DNA from: an uncultured Clostridia bacterium
GTDB lineage: Bacteria; Bacillota; Clostridia; TANB77; CAG-508
DNA length: 33,777 bases
Direction: 5' to 3'
NCBI GenBank assembly: GCA_947629805.1
Contig: CANRFE010000001.1
Coordinates: 1 to 33,777, forward strand
The notes beneath the pieces were generated by a model. That model searched no databases, was not told the origin of the DNA, and saw only the letters and a program-made list of their open reading frames with translations. Position numbers and translations under genes: made by a program. Shown here piece by piece: positions 27,304 to 33,777 of this stretch (position 1 is the stretch's first letter; every line of letters begins with the position of its first letter).

Positions 27304-27404
27304 TTTCTTCTTTCTCCTTTTTTCTTCTGAAATTATGATTAGTATTTATATTTCTTGCTTAAAATATACGCATTCCATATAAATTTCTCCTCTAAACTGT
27401 TTTT

Positions 27405-27433
27405 ATTGTAACCTTTTTTTTTACATTCGTCAA
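27405..27433 (-). promoter_or_regulatory. Candidate sigma-A promoter for the LPQTG-protein gene
   Basis: The minus strand reads TTGACG (27433-27428), 17 nt, TACAAT (27410-27405). Confidence 0.4.
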
Positions 27434-27509
27434 CATTTTTTTCGCATTTTTTTATTACATTTCTATTACAAAGAATTTACATTTTTATTCTATACGAAAA
27501 CAAGTATAT

Positions 27510-28079
27510 TTATTCCTCTTTTTTTACTGGTTCTTCTGCTACTTCTTCTACTTTTTCTTCTTTTACTGTATCTACGGTTTCTTCCACTACTGGTTCTTGT
27601 GTTTCTACTGCTGGTGCTTCTTCTGGAGCTTTTTCAACTTCTGCTTCTGCTACGACTTCCTCTACTTTAGCTTCTTCTGCAGTAGTTTCTTCTACCATAT
27701 CTTCTTTTAAGGCAATTTCTTTATTTTCAATTCTTGCACCTAAATTTTCTTTTGTCTTAGCAGATTTTCCAACTCTATCTCTTAAGTAGTACAATTTTGC
27801 TCTTCTTGCTTTTCCTACTCTTACTACCTCTACTTTTTCTACCATTGGAGAATGAATTAAAAATGTTTTTTCTACCCCTACACCATAAGCTACTCTTCTT
27901 ACAGTAAAAGTGGCATTTACTCCTCCGCCTTGTTGTTTCATAATAATTCCTTCAAATACTTGAATTCTTTCCCTATTTCCTTCTTTAATTCTTTGATGAA
28001 CTCTTACTGTATCACCAACATGAAGGTCAGGAATTTTATTTTTTAATTGTTCATGTTCAATTGATTTAATCATATCCAT
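27510..28079 (-). CDS. rplS: 50S ribosomal protein L19 with an acidic C-terminal extension of about 74 aa
   Basis: Residues 1 to about 115 are canonical L19 ([25 protein letters not shown]...[13 protein letters not shown]). Residues from about 116 to 189 are E/V/A/K-rich low complexity. Confidence 0.93.
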   Translation of the reverse strand: MDMIKSIEHEQLKNKIPDLHVGDTVRVHQRIKEGNRERIQVFEGIIMKQQGGGVNATFTVRRVAYGVGVEKTFLIHSPMVEKVEVVRVGKARRAKLYYLRDRVGKSAKTKENLGARIENKEIALKEDMVEETTAEEAKVEEVVAEAEVEKAPEEAPAVETQEPVVEETVDTVKEEKVEEVAEEPVKKEE

Positions 28080-28101
28080 AACGATATAACTCCTTTCTTT
28101 T

Positions 28102-28770
28102 TTACTTTTTTAATAAATCTGGTCTTTTTTGTTTGGTTAAATTTCTTGCTTGCTCTTCTCTCCACTCGTGAATCTTTTCATGATGTCCAGATAGTAAAAC
28201 TTCTGGAACTTTTTTTCCTAAAAAAGTTTCTGGCCTTGTATATTGAGGATATTCTAATAATTGATTCGAAAACGTTTCTTCTTCTATAGATTCTTTGGTT
28301 AATACTCCTTCCACGTAACGACTAACGCTATCCATTAATACCATACTTGGAAGTTCTCCTCCTGTTAAAACATAATCTCCTATGGAAATTTCCTCTTCTA
28401 CAATTTCGTCTAAAACTCTTTGGTCAATTCCTTCATAATGTCCACAAAGCAGAATAAGATGTTCTTCTTTTGCTAAACTTTTCACTTTTTCCTGATTTAA
28501 GGTAGTTCCTTTTGGCGAAAGATAAATTACTTTTGCCTTTTGCCTTCCTTCAATAGAAGAGTAGGCATCATAGATAACATCTGGTCTAATTACCATACCA
28601 GCACCCCCTCCATAAGGAGTGTCATCTACTTTTTTATGCTTATCTTTTGAAAAATTTCTTATATCAATAATAGATATTTGAATTTTTCCTTTTTCTTGTG
28701 CTCTTCCTAAAATACTTGTTTGAATTGGTGCAAACATTTCAGGAAAGAGAGTTAACACATCAAATCGCAT
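28102..28770 (-). CDS. trmD: tRNA (guanine37-N1)-methyltransferase
   Basis: 222 aa. [22 protein letters not shown] and [10 protein letters not shown] motifs. Confidence 0.95.
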   Translation of the reverse strand: MRFDVLTLFPEMFAPIQTSILGRAQEKGKIQISIIDIRNFSKDKHKKVDDTPYGGGAGMVIRPDVIYDAYSSIEGRQKAKVIYLSPKGTTLNQEKVKSLAKEEHLILLCGHYEGIDQRVLDEIVEEEISIGDYVLTGGELPSMVLMDSVSRYVEGVLTKESIEEETFSNQLLEYPQYTRPETFLGKKVPEVLLSGHHEKIHEWREEQARNLTKQKRPDLLKK

Positions 28771-28784
28771 TCCATTTCCTTTCT

Positions 28785-29291
28785 TTATCTTAAACCTTCT
28801 ATTAAGTGAACGATTATTTTTTCTTTTTCTAAATCAATTTCTTTTATCACTTCTTTGGTCGATGGCAACAAAATTTGCTTTCCTAAGGAATCTTTTACTA
28901 CATACACATCATTTGCTCCTGTCTTAAAAATGTCCTCTATTCTTCCTAAGAGCTCTTCCTCATCTGTGTAAACTTCTAAGCCCAGTAAGTCAGCAATGAA
29001 ATAAGTATCTTTTGGAAGCTTTTTAGCATCTTTTCTATCTATTTTTAAGAACAAACCTTTTAACAATTCTGCTTGTGTTTTATTTTCAACACCTTTTATT
29101 TTTAGCAAAACCATTTCTTTTTGATACTTTACTTCTTCTATTTCTACTTGTTCCATTCTTTCTTTTTTGCAAATATAAATTTTTTTTAATTCTTCAAATC
29201 GTGTTATTTCGTCTGTAAAAGGCTTTACTTTTACAAGTCCTTTTATTCCGAAAGTATTCACAATTTGCCCAATTTCTAAATACTTTTGCAT
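28785..29291 (-). CDS. rimM: 16S rRNA processing protein RimM
   Basis: 168 aa. GQIVNTFGIKGLVKV ... PRC-barrel-like C-terminus. Canonical position between the KH-domain gene and trmD. Confidence 0.9.
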   Translation of the reverse strand: MQKYLEIGQIVNTFGIKGLVKVKPFTDEITRFEELKKIYICKKERMEQVEIEEVKYQKEMVLLKIKGVENKTQAELLKGLFLKIDRKDAKKLPKDTYFIADLLGLEVYTDEEELLGRIEDIFKTGANDVYVVKDSLGKQILLPSTKEVIKEIDLEKEKIIVHLIEGLR

Positions 29292-29300
29292 ATTTTCCTC

Positions 29301-29531
29301 TTAATCTATAAATTCAATCGTAATTTTTTTATGCTCTTTTCCTGCTACCGATTTCATAAGGGTTCTAATTGATTTAGCAACTCTACCTTGCTTTCCTATT
29401 ACTTTTCCCATATCTGCATTATTTACTTTTACTTCATAAAGAAGAGTGTTTCCATCTTCTTTTTCCATACCCGTAACGTCATCTGTATGTTCTACAAGGC
29501 TTTTAATTAAGGTTTCAAGAATTTCTTTCAT
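29301..29531 (-). CDS. KH-domain RNA-binding protein (YlqC/UPF0109 family)
   Basis: 76 aa. VIGKQGRVAKSIRTL (GxxG KH motif). Conserved position after rpsP. Confidence 0.85.
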   Translation of the reverse strand: MKEILETLIKSLVEHTDDVTGMEKEDGNTLLYEVKVNNADMGKVIGKQGRVAKSIRTLMKSVAGKEHKKITIEFID

Positions 29532-29546
29532 ATCTTAAAATTCCTC

Positions 29547-29780
29547 CTAATTTGCTTTTTCGAATAAAGCTTTTACAGATTCTGTTGGTTTTGCACCATT
29601 TTTTGTCCAAGCCTTTAATTTTTCTTCGTTTACTGTAATAGTAGCTGGATTTGTCATTGGATCATAAGTTCCAATTTGTTCAATAATCTTTCCGTCTCTT
29701 GATTTTCTAGAATCTGCTACCACAATGTGATAAAATGGAGCTTTTTTAGCACCTACTCTTTGTAATCTAATTTTTACCAT
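29547..29780 (-). CDS. rpsP: 30S ribosomal protein S16
   Basis: [25 protein letters not shown]. The ATG at 29780 is preferred (AGAGGTGA 7 nt upstream); the ORF-track start at 29786 is a TTG. Confidence 0.95.
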   Translation of the reverse strand: MVKIRLQRVGAKKAPFYHIVVADSRKSRDGKIIEQIGTYDPMTNPATITVNEEKLKAWTKNGAKPTESVKALFEKAN

Positions 29781-29840
29781 ATACAATTCACCTCTTTCTT
29801 CTTTTCAAAATTTATCTATTTAGGAAAATAAATAACTTTA

Positions 29841-31188
29841 TTACATGAATTTTTTCAAATCTTTTGGGTTTAAATTCTTCATCATGTTTTTCATTCCTTT
29901 TGTATCTTGCATTTTCTTCATCATTTTTTGTGTCATTTCAAAAGATTTCATAAACTGATTAATCTGTTGGACGCTTGTTCCACTTCCTTTTGCAATACGC
30001 ATTCTTCTACTTGCATTAAGCAGACGTGGATTTCTCCTTTCTTGTATGGTCATAGAACAAATCATTGCTTCTATTTTTACGAATTCTTTATCCTCTACTT
30101 TTAAGTCTTTTAGGTTTGCCATACCAGGAAGCATTTTTAAGAGAGAAGAAAAAGATCCCATTTTTTTTACTTGCCTTAATTGTGTTAAATAATCTTCTAA
30201 GTCAAATTCTTTTTTCTTTAATTGTTTTTCTAGTTTTTCTGCCTCTTCTATATCAAACGATTCTTCTGCTTTTTCGATAATGGATAAAACGTCTCCCATT
30301 CCTAAAATACGAGAAGCCATTCGATCTGGATGAAATTCTTCTATATCACTTAACTTTTCCCCAGTTGCTGCAAATTTAATTGGTCTATTCGTTATTTTTT
30401 TAACGGATAAGGCAGCACCACCACGAGTATCACCATCTAATTTGGTTAATACAACTCCATCAATGCCCAAATTTTGATTAAAGCTTTCTGCTACATTTAC
30501 TGCATCTTGTCCTGTCATGGAGTCTACTACTAATAAAATTTCATGTGGTTTCACATTTGCCTTTACATTTTTTAATTCTTGCATTAGTTCTTCGTCAATA
30601 TGAAGTCTTCCTGCTGTATCTAAAATAACTACATCATTTAATTTGCTTATGGCAACGTTCATAGCTTGCTTTGCAATATGCACTACATCTTTGGATTGTT
30701 CATTACTATAAACGGGAATGTTTAACTGTGAACCAACCACTTGTAATTGTTTAATTGCTGCTGGCCTATAAATATCACATGCCACAAGTAATGGTTTTTT
30801 GCCTTGCTTACGAAGTAAGTTTGCAAGTTTTCCTGCTGTAGTTGTTTTTCCGTGAACCTTGTAGTCCTACTAACATAATAACAGTGGGAGGATTGGAAGT
30901 AAAATTAATTTTGCTGTTTTCCCCGCCTAGAAGTTCAATTAATTCATCTTTTACAATTTTAATAACTTGTTGTCCTGGTGTTAAAGATTTTAATACATCT
31001 TGGCCTAGAGCTTTTTCTTGCACACTTGCTATAAAATCTTTCACAATTTTATAGTTCACATCCGCTTCTAACATAGCAAGTTTTACTTCTCTTAACATCT
31101 CTTTTAAGTCTGTTTCCGTAATTCTTGCTTTTCCTCTTAGCTTTCTTGTAATTTCTTGAAGCTTTGAAGATAAACCCTCAAATGCCAT
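29841..31188 (-). pseudogene. ffh: Signal recognition particle protein Ffh, interrupted by a 1-nt insertion in the P-loop codons (possible sequencing error)
   Basis: The N-terminal ORF ends ...VIMLVGLQGS then out-of-frame RKNNYSRKTCKLTS*. The next frame reads GKTTTAGKLANLLRKQGKKPLLVACDIYRPAAIKQL ... DTAGRL ... TKLDGD ... and a Met-rich M domain. Deleting one base of the minus-strand tcaCgga (plus-strand about 30852) restores GLQGSGKTTT. The ATG at 31188 (MAFEGLS) is preferred. Confidence 0.9.
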
Positions 31189-31203
31189 TTGCATTTCCTC
31201 CTT

Positions 31204-31551
31204 CTACACTAAGCAACTTAGTTCTTTTCTTACATGATTTAGTATCTTTTCTATTTTTTTGTCTGATGAAGTATTTTCAATTTTGCTCAATTCATTTAAT
31301 ACTTCTTGTAATAATTTTTCTTGTTTCATTGTCTTTTCCATAAATGAAAGCTTTTCTTCTAGCTCGAAAAGTTTATTCTCCCCTTTCTTAATAATGTCTC
31401 TAACCGCCTGTCTTGTAATTTGGTTATTTTCTGCAATTTCGGAAAGAGATAGGTCATGGTTATAATAGTCTGTTAAAATTTCATATTGTTTTTTGGTTAG
31501 CAATTTGCCATAAATTTGGCATAAGATACTAACTTGCACATTTTTTTCCAT
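31204..31551 (-). CDS. ylxM: YlxM/p13-like putative DNA-binding protein (UPF0122)
   Basis: 115 aa. HTH-like LSLSEIAENNQITRQAVRDIIKKG. Canonical position immediately upstream of ffh. Confidence 0.85.
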   Translation of the reverse strand: MEKNVQVSILCQIYGKLLTKKQYEILTDYYNHDLSLSEIAENNQITRQAVRDIIKKGENKLFELEEKLSFMEKTMKQEKLLQEVLNELSKIENTSSDKKIEKILNHVRKELSCLV

Positions 31552-31582
31552 AATACCACTCCTTCTTTCGTAATGCTATTCT

Positions 31583-31611
31583 ACTTTACACCATTTTTTA
31601 GAATTTGTCAA
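31583..31611 (-). promoter_or_regulatory. Candidate sigma-A promoter of the ylxM-ffh-rpsP...rplS operon
   Basis: The minus strand reads TTGACA (31611-31606), 17 nt, TAAAGT (31588-31583). Confidence 0.45.
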
Positions 31612-31648
31612 GTACTTTTACATTACTTTTTATTTTTCTTAAGGAAAC

Positions 31649-31676
31649 GAAAAAAAACAGGCCTATACCTGTTTTA
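31649..31676 (-). terminator. Rho-independent terminator after folA
   Basis: The minus strand reads TAA aacagg tatagg cctgtt ttttttt. The hairpin starts at the folA stop codon. Confidence 0.6.
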
Positions 31677-32162
31677 TTTTCTTATATAAGTAATATATTC
31701 ATAATCCAATGGATTTTCTTTGTTTTTCAGTCCTTTTTCACAGGTTACAACTTTCCATTCCTCTTCCTTTACTTCCGGGAAAAAAACATCTCCTTCAAAG
31801 GTTTGCTGTATTTTAGTTAAATATAATTTACTTGCATAAGGCATTAATAACTTATAAATAGTTGCTCCCCCAATGACAAAGTTTTCTTCTTCTGAACTTA
31901 TATATGGTTTTAGCATGGAAATATCTTCTAATACTTCTACATTCTCATTTTCAATATTCATTTCCATATCATTACAAAGAATAACATGTTTTCTATTGGG
32001 TAAAATCCTTCCTAAAGATTCAAAAGTTTTTCTTCCCATTATAATAGTATGCCCTGTCGTCAATTTTTTAAATCTTTTTAAGTCTTCTGGTAAATGCCAA
32101 ATTAGTTGATTATCCCTCCCAATTACATTATTTTGTGCAACAGCTGCAATGATACTTAACAT
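31674..32162 (-). CDS. folA: Dihydrofolate reductase
   Basis: 162 aa. IIAAVAQNNVIGRDNQLIWHLPEDLKRFKKLTTGHTIIMGRKTFESLG. Confidence 0.92.
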   Translation of the reverse strand: MLSIIAAVAQNNVIGRDNQLIWHLPEDLKRFKKLTTGHTIIMGRKTFESLGRILPNRKHVILCNDMEMNIENENVEVLEDISMLKPYISSEEENFVIGGATIYKLLMPYASKLYLTKIQQTFEGDVFFPEVKEEEWKVVTCEKGLKNKENPLDYEYITYIRK

Positions 32163-32209
32163 TCTTCCTTTTCCTCCTTATTTCTCTTGTTTACTCTTAT
32201 TTTATCCTA

Positions 32210-32244
32210 AATGTCCCTTTAGAAAACGTCCCTAATGGGACATT
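32210..32244 (-). repeat. 35-nt stop-codon-adjacent palindromic repeat, copy C
   Basis: The minus strand reads aatgtcccattagggacgttttctaaagggacatt, starting 1 nt after the thyA TAA and lying inside the thyA-folA intergenic spacer. Confidence 0.8.
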
Positions 32245-32245
32245 G

Positions 32246-33103
32246 TTAAATCGCAACTGGTATTTTTCCAAGTTTAATTTCTTTATTGTAATCATAGTCT
32301 ACAATTTCGAAGTCTTCTACTTGGAATTCATAGAAATTTTTAGTTGGATTGTGTATAACGAGTTTTGGACATACTTCCATTGGTTCTGCTGCTATTAGTT
32401 TTTCCACTAGTGGAATATGTCTATCGTAAATATGGCAATCTCCTATGTTATGGGTTAAGGTTCCTACTTCTAAACCTGCTACTTGTGCAAACATGCATAA
32501 AAGTGCTGCATATTGCATTGTGTTCCATCCATTTGCTGCTAGCATATCTTGAGAACGTTGGTTTAAGATTAAATGCAATTTGCCTCCTTTTACAAGCCAT
32601 TGGGTGGAATACGCACAAGGTTCTAAATTCATATCTTTTAAATCTTCATGAACAAAAATATTGGTTAAAATACGACGACTTGCTGGATCTTTTTGAAGTA
32701 AATATAAAACAAAGTCCACTTGGTCCATTTCTTGGATTCCTTCTTTGGTTTTAAATTGGTATTTTTTTGCCATTTGGTAACCGTAAGCTTTTCCGATTGT
32801 ACCATCTTCTCCTGCCCATTGGTCCCATATATGAGAATTTAAATCCTGAACCTTATTAGATTTTTTTTGCCAAATCCATAAAATTTCATCAATAGCCCTT
32901 TTTACCGTTTGGCTATTGTTTCTAAGAGTAATCATGGGAAATTCTTTTCCTACATCATAAACATTGGTAACACCAATTAAAGAAATATAATTTGCCTCTT
33001 TTCCATCTTCCCATCTAGTTCTAACCCCAGTTCCTTCAGAGGAATAACCCTCTTTTATAATACGTTTACACGTTTCTATAAAATGTTTATCTGCTTGTGT
33101 CAT
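32246..33103 (-). CDS. thyA: Thymidylate synthase (ThyA, B. subtilis ThyA/phage-like subgroup)
   Basis: 285 aa. EILWIWQKKSN, ASRRIL, catalytic-Cys region LEPCAYSTQW, NQRSQDM and NIGDCHIY. Confidence 0.9.
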   Translation of the reverse strand: MTQADKHFIETCKRIIKEGYSSEGTGVRTRWEDGKEANYISLIGVTNVYDVGKEFPMITLRNNSQTVKRAIDEILWIWQKKSNKVQDLNSHIWDQWAGEDGTIGKAYGYQMAKKYQFKTKEGIQEMDQVDFVLYLLQKDPASRRILTNIFVHEDLKDMNLEPCAYSTQWLVKGGKLHLILNQRSQDMLAANGWNTMQYAALLCMFAQVAGLEVGTLTHNIGDCHIYDRHIPLVEKLIAAEPMEVCPKLVIHNPTKNFYEFQVEDFEIVDYDYNKEIKLGKIPVAI

Positions 33104-33205
33104 CTTCCAACCTCTCTCCTTTTTTTCTAAATTTTATCATATGCCATTTTTTTTGTAAAGTTATTTTTTTTTAGCAAACTTGTATAAGAAATCACCATAA
33201 TTTTA

Positions 33206-33234
33206 TTGACTTATGTTAATTCTTATGTTATATT
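33206..33234 (+). promoter_or_regulatory. Candidate sigma-A promoter of the second ThyA-family gene
   Basis: TTGACT (33206-33211), 17 nt, TATATT (33229-33234), with an extended -10 TG (tgtTATATT). Confidence 0.45.
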
Positions 33235-33291
33235 TTGACTCATAATAGTTTCACTTAATTCTTTTTATTCATTAATAGAAAGGAGAAAATT

Positions 33292-33777
33292 ATGGCAAAA
33301 TTCGACCAAATGTACTTAGACACCTGTGAAAAGATTTTAGATTGTGGCGTTAAAACAGAAGCAAGAAACGGTATTACCTATCGGATTGCTGGTAACCACT
33401 GGATTTTTAATTTAGCAGAAGAGTTTCCTATTCTTACTACCAAACAGGTAGCTTGGAAAACAGCCATTTTGGAAATGCTGTGGATTTACCAACAGAAATG
33501 TATTGCTGTGGACTGGTTGCGCAAAAGAGGAATTAAAATTTGGGACAAATTCGAAATTAGCGAGGATGGCATTTATCGCAACCCAGACAATGGCCAAGAA
33601 ACCTTCTTTGGCAAGGAATGGGCTGGCACTATTGGAACTAGCTATGGCTACATTATAGCACATGGCGGTGAAAAAGGTGCAGAAGACCAGATGGACGCTG
33701 CTATTGAGAAAATATTGCACAATCCTGCTGACAGGCGCAATATCATCTCCATGTGGCAACCTCCTTTTTTTGATAAA
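33292..33777 (+). CDS. Second ThyA-family (thymidylate synthase-like) protein, 5' partial, runs off the window
   Basis: Not in the ORF track because it is open-ended. I translated it by hand: ATG at 33292 with AAAGGAGA 7 nt upstream, and 162 codons open to the window edge: MAKFDQMYLDTCEKILDCG...EFPILTTKQVAWKTAILEMLWIYQQK...IWDKF...GTIGTSYGY...NPADRRNIISMWQPPFFDK. These are ThyA landmarks. Many G/C-ending codons, unlike the neighbouring genes. Confidence 0.8.
   Translation, partial: MAKFDQMYLDTCEKILDCGVKTEARNGITYRIAGNHWIFNLAEEFPILTTKQVAWKTAILEMLWIYQQKCIAVDWLRKRGIKIWDKFEISEDGIYRNPDNGQETFFGKEWAGTIGTSYGYIIAHGGEKGAEDQMDAAIEKILHNPADRRNIISMWQPPFFDK

Noticed and set aside
27346-27378. 10-codon uORF (MECVYFKQEI) with AGGAG 8 nt upstream, in the leader of the LPQTG-protein gene
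   Set aside because: A short ORF in AT-rich leader sequence is easily produced by chance. I see no attenuator or alternative-hairpin structure linked to it. It would be worth revisiting only if conserved in relatives.
30808-30870. Programmed ribosomal frameshifting as an explanation for the ffh split
   Set aside because: There is no slippery heptamer at the junction (ggt tca cgg aaa), no obvious downstream stimulatory structure, and no precedent known to me for ffh. A sequencing error or a true lesion is more parsimonious.
33412-33759. 115-aa minus-strand ORF from the track
   Set aside because: It is antisense to the open-ended plus-strand ThyA-family frame, which has an RBS, a promoter and conserved thymidylate-synthase motifs. 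This is a shadow ORF.
1-33777. Scan for CRISPR arrays, tRNA/rRNA genes, transposases, integrases, toxin-antitoxin pairs or classical defence genes
   Set aside because: I found no regularly spaced direct repeats, no long intergenic region with RNA-gene-like composition, and no ORF with recombinase, transposase, nuclease or RT (YxDD) motifs. The intergenic regions of 120-250 nt are AT-rich promoter/terminator DNA.

Overview
AT-rich (about 30% GC by eye) chromosomal segment of a spore-forming, Clostridia-like Firmicute. Nearly all of it is core housekeeping, mostly on the minus strand. Left to right: a TGS/uridine-kinase-like gene; a gerA-family germinant-receptor operon (A, frameshifted B, C, small 2-TM ORF); metK with a polyprenol-kinase-like gene, hemolysin III and a frameshifted acyl-CoA ligase; HD hydrolase, PF06541-like membrane protein and DUF1294; an orphan 235-aa gene. 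Then the pyrH-frr-uppS-cdsA-rseP-(699-aa coiled-coil ORF)-polC operon, and the ylxM-ffh(frameshifted)-rpsP-KH-rimM-trmD-rplS operon. The window ends with thyA-folA and a divergent, GC-richer, window-truncated second ThyA-family gene. The only clearly accessory stretch (24.5-27.5 kb) lies between the pyrH and rplS operons. It encodes a sortase, a tiny LPQTG-anchored protein, and a type-IV-pilin-like protein with an FGE-sulfatase/C-type-lectin-like C-terminal domain. The 3' end of that last gene has a sharp run of NNC codons, the signature expected of a diversity-generating-retroelement (DGR) variable region; no RT or template repeat is in the window, so this is a hypothesis. Other notable points: a 35-nt palindromic repeat placed right after three stop codons; a tandem OB-domain duplication that makes PolC unusually long; an acidic tail on L19. 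Three independent 1-nt frameshifts, one inside the P-loop of essential ffh, make consensus errors likely. No rRNA, tRNA, CRISPR array, transposase or integrase was recognised.
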